Positions 18,273-27,800 of a stretch of DNA of 58,261 nucleotides are shown here, piece by piece (the first letter of the stretch is position 1; each line of letters starts with the position of its first letter). Both the position numbers and the translations under genes were made by a program. This DNA comes from a virus. Lineage: Duplodnaviria > Caudoviricetes. Location of the stretch: positions 1-58,261 of IMG/VR virus record IMGVR_UViG_3300032240_000532; one strand, given 5' to 3'. The notes beneath the pieces are model-generated. The model had not been told where the DNA came from. It saw only the letters and a list, made by a program, of their open reading frames with translations, and did not search any database.

Positions 18273-18715
18273 TAGACAGCACAAAAAAGATGTTGAACTC
18301 TCAAGAAATCATTCTTGAGGCGGCTCAACACGCTGGCGGCGAGTACAGCCCTGAACAAGTATATGCCGCTATGGTGACTGAAGCCCACATGAAGGATGCC
18401 ATCCTCATGCGCCAAGGCAACACCCTCTTTATTGTGCACAAAGGCAAGGACCGGGTAGCGGTATTTCGTGCTTTAAACGCTGATACCGCAAACAACTATC
18501 TCCAGAACTCCTTGATTTTTACCAAAGCAATGTACATGGCTGGCTTTGATGCAATGGTCAGCAACTTTGACAATCCTGCGCTTTTGAAAATTTTTAAGTA
18601 CGTCAGCAAGAACCCTCCTCAAGAAAACATGGGTTTTAAAGCAAACAGGCTGACCGATGGCTCCTACCAAGTTGTGGTTCAACTGGGTAAGCCACGTGAA
18701 GGGGATATGCAATGA
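18266..18715 (+). CDS. Hypothetical protein, possible GNAT-like acyltransferase
   Basis: 149-aa alpha/beta ORF coupled to the KS and the first ejection-protein candidate; the fold is inferred mainly from size and position. Confidence 0.45.
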   Translation: MLVDSTKKMLNSQEIILEAAQHAGGEYSPEQVYAAMVTEAHMKDAILMRQGNTLFIVHKGKDRVAVFRALNADTANNYLQNSLIFTKAMYMAGFDAMVSNFDNPALLKIFKYVSKNPPQENMGFKANRLTDGSYQVVVQLGKPREGDMQ

Positions 18716-21213
18716 GCGCAGTTGTAAGTGCAGTTACGCATGCGATAGAGGGCGTTGTAGATGCCGTAGGCAATGTTGTTGAATCGGTTGCTCATGCGGC
18801 TGAAAAAGTTGTCACCACAGTTGTTGATACCGCAGAGAAAGTGGTTGAGGGTGCTCTTAAAGACCCCATAGGAACGATTGCCAAAGTTGCCGCAGTCGCA
18901 ACAGGTCAGTTTGAATTACTACCCGCCATCTCTGCCGTTGATACGGTAGCGCATGGCGGTAGTTTAAAAGATGCCGCACTCAGTGCTGGTATTGCTTACA
19001 TTGCTCCTACCGTTACATCCGGTGTTTCGGGTGCATTTGCCAACACTGCCATTGGTGAAACCCTTGCATCTGCCGCAGAGTCAACAGGCTTTGATAGCCT
19101 TCCCGGTGCGGTTGCAAAAGGCGTGAGCACAGCAGGTTTAAACACTGCGGCTAACTTGCTTAAAGGCCAAGATTTTGAAACAGCGGTTGCTGGCGGTGTG
19201 ACATCCGGTATTGGTGCTGGTGTTGGCAACGTTGTTGGCAAAGAGATTGGTGATTCTGATTTTGATACCGGAAACAAAGGCATCAACTCATTGTTGGCAA
19301 ATGCCGCTGGTGCGGCAACCACCGCAGAACTGCGTGGCAAGGACGTTTCAACGGCTATCGCAAACTCAGTCGCCCCCGGTCTTTTGGGTCTTGGTGCTGG
19401 CAATGTGTACGACACCCTAAAAACTCCCTCGCAAACAGTTGCTCTTGAAGACAATACTCCAGAGAAAACTGTTACGGCAGACAATAGTGTTGTCACGCCA
19501 AGCCAAACCATTGGTTTGCCCACTTTGTTGGCAAGCAATACTTCAAGCACTGCAAGCGATGCGGAAGACCAAAATGCCGCCATCAAGACTGCATTGCAAA
19601 ACAATGCGCCAGCACCATCCAATGATGTTGGCACTCAGCAATTGTTGGATGCCTTGTATCCAAATCGTGGAACAACAGAGGTCAAGCAAGAAGAAACCAA
19701 CATATCGACCGACCCAATTGTTGCTGAGGCTCCAAAGGCTCCAGAGGGAACTGAGTTAACAAGTTACTCTCAAACTCCAAGCGGTGCAATTGTTTACAAC
19801 TATTCCGATGGAACGCAACTTAAATCAGACGGAACGGTTGTCACAGAACTAAAAGCACCCGAGGGAGGGATTTCTGTTGAAACAAATAGCCCTCAATCAG
19901 AACTGACAAAACTTACAGAAGGAGTTGTTGAGCAAAAATCACCAGAAGGCGGGATTGCCACCGAAACTGCTGAAAGTAATCCAAGTCTTATGAATCTTGG
20001 TAATGGCATTTTCATGACTCCAGATGGACAATTCGTCAATCAAGATGGCGAATCTGTCAATGCAATGGGTCAGAAAGTTGATGAGCAAGGCAATACCTCT
20101 AACGAAGTTGCAACCACATCGCCAGTTTCTTCGCCAAGCGTTACCTCGACCGAACTTGCATCGTTGACCAAGCCTTCTGATGAAGGAACCACGTTTACGG
20201 GCTTAGGAGGAACTCTTGGTGACCAAGCGGGAGACTACCCTCAGAGTATCGAAAATCAAGCGGATGGCTCAACCAAAGTCACTGAGTTTGATGGTTCTGT
20301 GAGCATCTTCAATACCGATGGGACAATCCAAAGATTTGACCCTGATGGTACTCCAATCATTGAAATTATTGGAAAAAAAGAAGGCACAACAGATACCGAC
20401 CCGTTGGGCACATTTATCAACAATCTTGGTGTGGACAAAGTAGATGTTACAAAAACTGATAACACTACCGATACCACCAAGACTGACGACACTACAAAGA
20501 CCGATGACACAACCAAAACAACGGACACATCAAATCCAACCAATTTGACAAACCTTGTTACTTCATTGATTCCAAACGTTGTTAAGCCAGCAGTGAATTG
20601 GGTGGCAAATAATCCATTAACCACTGCCGCTGGTATAGGTACTTTGGCTGGCGCTTTCTCGGGCGGTAATACACAAGGTCCAACTGGCATGGACATGGGT
20701 CAAGGTTATGGTTTCAATTGGAACCAAAACATGGGCAATGGTCCTCAGAACGGTGTGTACTACGGCTCTCAAATGCTTCACCCAACATACACAAAACATG
20801 CGGCTGAAGGCGGCTTGATGAATGCTCCTCAGTTTATTCAGCCAACTGTTGCCAACAATGGCATCCAAATGTCTCAAGGTGGAGACCCAACCAACGCAGT
20901 CAACATGTATGCGATGGGAGGTATTGCAAGCCTTGGTCACTATTCAGATGGCGGCAGATTCCTCAAAGGTCCGGGGGATGGTATGTCTGACGACATCCCT
21001 GCAACTATTGCTGGCAAGCAACCCGCAAGACTGGCAAACGAAGAATTTGTGATTCCCGCCGATGTTGTTTCCCACTTGGGTAACGGCTCATCTGAGGCTG
21101 GCTCCAAAGTCCTTTACAAAATGATGGAACAAGTGCGTAAAGCACGTACAGGCAACTCAAAGCAGGGTAAGCAAATCAACCCTGAAAAGTTTATGCCAAA
21201 AGTGAGAGGCTAA
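18712..21213 (+). CDS. Putative internal virion/ejection protein
   Basis: 833 aa; G/A-rich hydrophobic N-terminal third, low-complexity T/D/E middle with TKTDDT repeats, C-terminal GPGDGMSDDIPA...EFVIPADVVS domain. Confidence 0.65.
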   Translation: MSAVVSAVTHAIEGVVDAVGNVVESVAHAAEKVVTTVVDTAEKVVEGALKDPIGTIAKVAAVATGQFELLPAISAVDTVAHGGSLKDAALSAGIAYIAPTVTSGVSGAFANTAIGETLASAAESTGFDSLPGAVAKGVSTAGLNTAANLLKGQDFETAVAGGVTSGIGAGVGNVVGKEIGDSDFDTGNKGINSLLANAAGAATTAELRGKDVSTAIANSVAPGLLGLGAGNVYDTLKTPSQTVALEDNTPEKTVTADNSVVTPSQTIGLPTLLASNTSSTASDAEDQNAAIKTALQNNAPAPSNDVGTQQLLDALYPNRGTTEVKQEETNISTDPIVAEAPKAPEGTELTSYSQTPSGAIVYNYSDGTQLKSDGTVVTELKAPEGGISVETNSPQSELTKLTEGVVEQKSPEGGIATETAESNPSLMNLGNGIFMTPDGQFVNQDGESVNAMGQKVDEQGNTSNEVATTSPVSSPSVTSTELASLTKPSDEGTTFTGLGGTLGDQAGDYPQSIENQADGSTKVTEFDGSVSIFNTDGTIQRFDPDGTPIIEIIGKKEGTTDTDPLGTFINNLGVDKVDVTKTDNTTDTTKTDDTTKTDDTTKTTDTSNPTNLTNLVTSLIPNVVKPAVNWVANNPLTTAAGIGTLAGAFSGGNTQGPTGMDMGQGYGFNWNQNMGNGPQNGVYYGSQMLHPTYTKHAAEGGLMNAPQFIQPTVANNGIQMSQGGDPTNAVNMYAMGGIASLGHYSDGGRFLKGPGDGMSDDIPATIAGKQPARLANEEFVIPADVVSHLGNGSSEAGSKVLYKMMEQVRKARTGNSKQGKQINPEKFMPKVRG

Positions 21214-21214
21214 T

Positions 21215-23095
21215 ATGGCATTGTTTTCTTCACCGGGTTTAAACAGCGTACCCACAACTTCAACACAGCAGGATGTCAGCAAGCCATTCCAGCCGTATGT
21301 TGCCGACCTGCTGAATAAAACTCAGGCTCTGACCGATGCTGGCATTCCAGCATATACAGGTCAGATGACCTCCGGTCCTTCAACGCTTCAAAATCAAGCG
21401 TGGCAGGGTCTTGCAAGCCTTACCGTGCCAACTGCTTTGCAAAATGCGGGAAGCAACCTTGATGCAATTTCCAAGGCCGAGGCTGGCTTAGACTTTAAAC
21501 CTCAAGATTTCACAAATACCTACAACGCACCCTCTGCGTATCAAGGCACGAACTTTACAAACCAATATCAGGGAACAACGCCCTATCAGGCATCTGATAT
21601 TTCCAATCAATACAATGCCGCTCCCGCATATCAATCCACCAACTTTGGTAATCAATACCAAGCGGCGGCTCCGTATCAAGCATCCAACATTCAAAGTACT
21701 TACCAGTCTCCATCGGCTCAGTACGCACCAACCAATGTGACCACTGGCTCGTTCAACCAACAGGCGGCTGAACAGTACATGAATCCTTACATCCAACAGG
21801 CGCTCAATCCGCAGTTGGAGGCTCTCAAACGTCAACAGCAAATCAACCAACAGGCTGACATGGCTAAGTTGACTCAGGCTGGCGCTTTTGGCGGTTCACG
21901 CCAAGCCGTTCTGCAAGGTCAGAACAACTACAACTTGCTGGCTCAACAAGCCAACCTTATTGGTCAGGGCTACAACCAAGCCTATCAACAGGCGGGTCAA
22001 CAGTTTACGGCTGACCAAGCACGTGCATTGCAAGCACAGCAAGCGAATGTCCAACAGGCACAATTTGCCGCACAGCAGGGCATGACCGATGCTCAGTTGA
22101 AGGCACAGTACGGCATGACTGCCGCACAAGCAAACGAGGCTTCCAAACAGTTTGCACAGAATCAGGCGGCTACTGCGGCTCAATTGCAAGCGCAATACGG
22201 TCTTTCTGGTCAACAGGCTACCGAAGCATCAAAGCAATTTGCTCAAAACCAAGCCGCCACTGCCGCACAGTTGCAAGCCCAGTATGGAATGTCTGCCGAG
22301 CAAGCCAACGAGACATCACGTCAGTTTGCACAAAGCCAATCGGCAAATGCGGCACAACTCATGGCGCAGTATGGTTTGTCTGCACAACAGGCAAACGAGG
22401 CAACGAAGCAGTTTGGCTATGGTCAGCAGATGACTCAGGCTCAGTTGAAGTCTGCCGCAGAGCAAGCAAAGCAAGCCGCTCAAGAGAATGCGGCTCAGTT
22501 CCAAGCAACCTACGGTTTGCAAGGTCTGCAAGCGGCTCAACAGGCTCAGACTGCCGCCGCCAATGCTGGCGCTCAGGCAAGTCAGTATGGTTTGGCAAAT
22601 CTGCAAGCCCTCAGCACCGCTGGCGGTCAGCAACAGGCGCTCAACCAAGCCGCTCTCAATGCTCAGTACAACGAGTTCTTGCGTCAGCAAAAGGCTCCAC
22701 AGGACTTGCTCAACCTTCAAAAAAACATTCTGTCTGGTTTGCCAATCACCACCACCAATCAGTATGGTGCGGCACAAAGCACCGCTCAGAAAATTGCTGG
22801 CGGTGTTTCGGGCGCTATCGACATGGTCAGCAAACTCAAAGGCTTGGGCTACTCAACAGACAAGATTGCAAGTTACATCAAAGATATGTTCAAAGACAGC
22901 ACAGGCAAACCATTACTCGACGATGCGGCGGTTCAAGCGGAACTCGACCGTGTCACGGCTTCTCAACAGAAGTACTTGCCCGAGGGCGCTAAAGAAGATG
23001 GTCAGGGCGGCTACTACCGAGATGACAATGGCGTACGCACCTACTATGACGCAGAGGGTCAGACCACTGGCGCTGAAGCCACGCCGGATGAATAA
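21215..23095 (+). CDS. Putative DNA ejection/transfer protein, Q/A-rich repeats
   Basis: YMNPYIQQ...AGAFGGSR motif and ~29-aa AQLxAQYGxxxxQAxExSxQFAQ repeats. Confidence 0.65.
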   Translation: MALFSSPGLNSVPTTSTQQDVSKPFQPYVADLLNKTQALTDAGIPAYTGQMTSGPSTLQNQAWQGLASLTVPTALQNAGSNLDAISKAEAGLDFKPQDFTNTYNAPSAYQGTNFTNQYQGTTPYQASDISNQYNAAPAYQSTNFGNQYQAAAPYQASNIQSTYQSPSAQYAPTNVTTGSFNQQAAEQYMNPYIQQALNPQLEALKRQQQINQQADMAKLTQAGAFGGSRQAVLQGQNNYNLLAQQANLIGQGYNQAYQQAGQQFTADQARALQAQQANVQQAQFAAQQGMTDAQLKAQYGMTAAQANEASKQFAQNQAATAAQLQAQYGLSGQQATEASKQFAQNQAATAAQLQAQYGMSAEQANETSRQFAQSQSANAAQLMAQYGLSAQQANEATKQFGYGQQMTQAQLKSAAEQAKQAAQENAAQFQATYGLQGLQAAQQAQTAAANAGAQASQYGLANLQALSTAGGQQQALNQAALNAQYNEFLRQQKAPQDLLNLQKNILSGLPITTTNQYGAAQSTAQKIAGGVSGAIDMVSKLKGLGYSTDKIASYIKDMFKDSTGKPLLDDAAVQAELDRVTASQQKYLPEGAKEDGQGGYYRDDNGVRTYYDAEGQTTGAEATPDE

Positions 23096-23106
23096 GGATA
23101 AAGACC

Positions 23107-24852
23107 ATGTATAACTTAGTTCAAGCACAAGAAGCATTGCAAGGGATGCCTACGGCTGATGTGATGAAGTACGCCAATCAGCAGAACCCACAGGTTCCAG
23201 CGTACCTTGCATTGTCTGAATTGAATCGTCGCAAGCAACTTGAGCAGACTCAGTCTGCCTTTTCCGGTCAACCACAGACCGTCAAAGAACAGATTGAAGG
23301 AGCGTTTACACAGGCTCCACAAGGGCAGGTAAACCCATCCTTGGCTCCTCGCATGGTCAACCCCGCTGGCGCTCGTCCCAACGCAGTCAATCCAACAGCA
23401 TTGCCTCCTCAGTTGGCTCCTGAGACACCCGTGCCAGTTAACCCAACACAGGCTCCCCCTGCCCCTCAAATGGCAGAGGGTGGCCTTGCCTCATTGCCAC
23501 TGCACAAAATGTTCCGTAATGACTCCTATGCAACCGGAGGCATCGTTGCGTTTGGAACTGGCACTGAAGACAAGAACGTCAAAGACGCAACTGATGCTCA
23601 ATTGAAGTCAGACCGTGAGTCTTTCTTGGGCGGTTTAGAGTCAATTGGTGCGGCGGCAAAAGACATTTTCACAATGCCCGTTCGTGCTGGCGCTGGCATT
23701 ATCAACAACGCAATCATTCGTCCCGCACGTGCCGTAAGTGGCTCAAGCATCCCATACATTTTTGGCTCCGACCCCAACTACACGGAAAGTATGACTCCGT
23801 ATTACGACAAGATTCGTGAGCGTGAGGCAAAAGAACAAGCCCAATTAACTGGGCCTACTGCCGCTGATAAAGAAGATGCAAATGCTGGAGCCGCCGCTCG
23901 TGCGCTGGCTGAATCAAACGCCAAAAAACGCCAAGTTGCAGATTCCACAAGCCGTGTAAACAATCCATCGGCTCCCCCGGCGGCTCCTCCTGCTCCTGCC
24001 ACACCTGCGCAACCTACGTTCTCAACAACTCTGCCAAAAGCAGAAGACTTGACCGACGAAGAGTTGTACAACCGTCAAAAGAAACTTCAGCAACTGGCTG
24101 GCGTATCTCAAGACCCATACGCAGACTATAAAAAACGTTTGTCTGATATTGAAGCCAAACGTGCCAAGGATGCTGAGGGTGATGCTTTGCGTGGTCTTGC
24201 CGCCTCGCTAAGTGGCTATGCAACTGCCGCTCCTGAGAAGGGTGGTGGCTATGCCGCCGCTATGATGGCTGAAGCCGGAGGCAAGTTCGACAAGGAGACT
24301 GCCGCATTGCGTGACAAGCAAGCAATGGAGATGGCTGAACTCAATAGGAACTTGGAGAAAGAAGACGATGCTCGTCGTCGTGGTGACGTGGCTGGTGTTG
24401 AAGCCGCTCGTGCCGCTCAAGCCAAGAACCGCCTTGACATTGCTAAGTTAGAGACTGAACGAGTCACCGCTGGTGCACACGTTACTTCCGCTGAAGCCGC
24501 CAAGAAAGGTGCTGAGGCTCAGTGGTATCACGCCACCCACCCACAGGCAAGCCAAACTCAGCAACTTATTGACTTGTACACCAAGGCTCCCGAGGTATTT
24601 AATGCTCTGCATCCAAAGGAAAACCCATTGGTTACAACGGCGGCAAAAAATTATTTTGAAAATGAAACGATTTTGAAGAAAGAATTCCCAACCGTTCAAG
24701 ATTATTTGGCGGCAAAAGGTTTAACATCACGTACACCCTCGGCTCCAAAAGTCATGACTATGGCTGATGTCCAAGCAACTGCAAAAGCACGTGGCATGAC
24801 TGAACAACAGGTAATTGAGGCGGCTAAAGCCAAGGGCTACACCATTCAATAA
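23107..24852 (+). CDS. Putative internal virion/ejection protein
   Basis: 581 aa; VPAYLALSELNRRK, MAEGGL and YATGGIVAF motifs; helical C-terminal half. Confidence 0.6.
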   Translation: MYNLVQAQEALQGMPTADVMKYANQQNPQVPAYLALSELNRRKQLEQTQSAFSGQPQTVKEQIEGAFTQAPQGQVNPSLAPRMVNPAGARPNAVNPTALPPQLAPETPVPVNPTQAPPAPQMAEGGLASLPLHKMFRNDSYATGGIVAFGTGTEDKNVKDATDAQLKSDRESFLGGLESIGAAAKDIFTMPVRAGAGIINNAIIRPARAVSGSSIPYIFGSDPNYTESMTPYYDKIREREAKEQAQLTGPTAADKEDANAGAAARALAESNAKKRQVADSTSRVNNPSAPPAAPPAPATPAQPTFSTTLPKAEDLTDEELYNRQKKLQQLAGVSQDPYADYKKRLSDIEAKRAKDAEGDALRGLAASLSGYATAAPEKGGGYAAAMMAEAGGKFDKETAALRDKQAMEMAELNRNLEKEDDARRRGDVAGVEAARAAQAKNRLDIAKLETERVTAGAHVTSAEAAKKGAEAQWYHATHPQASQTQQLIDLYTKAPEVFNALHPKENPLVTTAAKNYFENETILKKEFPTVQDYLAAKGLTSRTPSAPKVMTMADVQATAKARGMTEQQVIEAAKAKGYTIQ

Positions 24853-24861
24853 AGGGGCGTT

Positions 24862-27800
24862 ATGGCACGGGATTTCAGCGCCGAGTTGTTTGGCTCACCA
24901 CAGGGTGCGGGTAAGGACTTTGGCGCAGAATTGTTTGGCGCTGAACCGCCACCGGACACTGGCTTTACTGGTGCGCTAAAGTCATCCTACGAGCGGATGA
25001 AGGGCGAAGGCGCTCTTCTCGCTGGTAAAGTTGGTTTGATGAGTCTTCCCGAGGCGGAAGAGTACAACAAACAACAAGAACTCAAAGCGCAAAAAGCGTT
25101 TAAACCTACCCAAGAGGGCTGGACGGAAGCGCCATTTACCAAGTTGAAAGAACTTGCTGGCGGCTCTTTGCCCTATATGGTTGCCCCTCTTGCCGCTGGT
25201 GCGGCGGCGGCTGGTACGGTTGCCCTTGCTCCCGAAGCCGCAGTGCTTGGAGGTCTTGCCACTGCCGCTGAAGCCGCTGGTTTCCTTGGCGCTACTGCCG
25301 CTTCTGCTACTCAGTTCACTGGCTCCAACTTGGCTCGCCAAATGGAAGAGGGCAAGAAACTTGAAGACACAAGCCTTTTAGCGGCTGGCGCAACTGCTAT
25401 CCCACAGGCTTTGCTTGATACCGCATCATCATTCATCACCCCCGGTCTTGGTCGTATTCTTGGTAAGGCTGGTATCAAAGCCACCGAAAAAGAAATTGGC
25501 GAGATAGCGAAGAAGGGCATCATGTCCACCGCTGGAGAATATGCGCTTCAAGGCGCAAAAATCTCCGGTATTGAGGGCGCAACAGAGGCTGGTCAACAGT
25601 TCCTTGAGCGCATGCAAGCGGGTTTAAACCTCACAGACGAAGATGCTCGCAAAGAGTATTACGACAACTTCCTTGGTGGCGCTATTCTTGGTGGCGTTAT
25701 GGGTGGCGCTGGTCACGCATACGAAAAGGCTTTTCCACAGAAGGCGGCTAAGGCACTTCCTGATACGCCTCCTCAAAATAAACAAGAGGCTCAAGACACT
25801 GCGGTCAAGATTCTTGCGCTCCCTGCTCCCGAAGAAATTATTGCTGATACTCGTCGCTACGACCCAGTGATGAACCCGTTGGGCAATTTCATTGATGATG
25901 ATCTCAAGGACATCCTGACCCCTGCTCAAATCAAGCGCATCAATGATGACCGCAAAGAGGCGGGTAAACCCAAAATCAATTCGTACTCAGTTGAGGACGT
26001 GCATGATGCCATCCAAAACAGTACAGACGACCAAGGCAATGCACTGACACCGGAAGCCCAGCAGGGCATCCTGAACAGCCTTATCACGTTTAAATCAGGC
26101 TATGACGGCACGATGCCAGTCACGCCTGAGACCGTGCTTCAGATGGCTGAACAGAAGAACGTTGAACCCAATACACAGGGCTTCAATGACTTCCTGACCC
26201 GAGTCACTGGACTGGATGATTTAAACAACATGCAACCGCCGCAACTCTATGCGGCGTGGAAAGCATTGAGCAACCTTGATGACTCACCTCAGTTGCGCAT
26301 CTTGCCTCAAGGCACAAACGCAGTACGTTTCACTGAGAAGCAGTACACCAACGCCTTGGACGGTTTGCAAACTGTGTTTGGCGAACTGGGGACTGACGCT
26401 CTTTCTGCAACTAGTGTCAAAGCAGAATTAAAAGAATTCTCCGGTTTGGAGCGTGACGCTGACGTAGACGCTCTATACCGTGCGGCAGTGCAACGTGGCG
26501 ACCTTGAGGAGAACTTCCAAGAGGTCAAGACCACCGAGGGTGTAAAGCATCCCTTGACAGTTTCTTTTGCTGGAAAAGTTGAAGCACTCCCCGGCGGGTT
26601 TGACATTCGCAATCAAGCGTTTAAACAGGGTGAGATTCCAGAACACTACGAAGTTCGCAACGGTCGTGTTGTGCAGGGTCGTGCTCCGACTATGGAAGAG
26701 GCTCAGAAGATTCTTGATGAGCAAACCCAAGTCAATGCCGAGGTTGCCAAGAAACCCGAAGCGGCTATCACCAAACTGCGCAAAGACATCGACATGCGCA
26801 ACCGTGTGTTGGCTGAGAAACGTGCGACAGGTTACTACGACACAGATGGCTACAAGGCTCTGGAGGCCCACCTAAACGGTTTAAACAGGCGAGCCGAGGC
26901 CCAGATTGCCCAGCATGAAAACGACATCCGCAATCTGACCAACCCTCTTTCCATCGTTCCATCGGAAACGACAAAGCCAGTGGTTGGCAAGAAGCACGTC
27001 TTCTATGAGGGCGAAAAGCCCTTGGCATCGTTTGAGAACAAGACTCAAGCGGAAGAGTACGGCATGATGCGCAAGAACGAGAATGGTGAGTATGCCGTTC
27101 CCGATTCAATGCTTCAGCAAATCATCGACACTGCACCAACAACCAAGGGCATCTTGCCCAAGCGTTATGCAGAGATGGCGAAGAAAGAACTTGCTCGTCG
27201 CCAAGGCACTGCCCCCAAGGGTATTGAAATCCGCAGAAGCATTTACAACCCCGAGGTCGATGCGGCCTTGGATGGTCTGCGTCAGACTCTTCTCCCGCAA
27301 CTCAAGAAGTTTGGTTTGGAGAAGGTTGGCTTGCGTATCGTCAACAGCATTGCTGACGGTCAAGCGGATGGTGCATATCTCAAAAACCTAATTACCGTAG
27401 CATTGGATGCCAAGAACCCTATGGGTGTCTTGCGTCATGAAACCATTCACGCCCTCAAAGACTTGGGCGCTTTCACTCCACAGGAATGGAAGGTCTTGGA
27501 GAACAAAGCCAAGAGCGAGTGGGTTCAGAAGTACATCAAAGATGCTGGCTTGTACAAAGCCTATCAAGATGCGTACAAAAAGGAACACGGCAACCTCAAC
27601 GGCTTTGATGCGTACATCAATGAAGAGGCAATTGCTGAAGCGTTTAAAGACTTTGCCAATAACAAACCGCCAGCCGGATTGATTGGCAACATCTTTTACC
27701 GTATTGGAGAAATGCTCCGGGGCATCGCTAACACGTTTAAACGTCTTGGTTTTACCAGCGTTGACCAGATTTTCCGCAAGATTGAAGCGGGTGAGATGCG

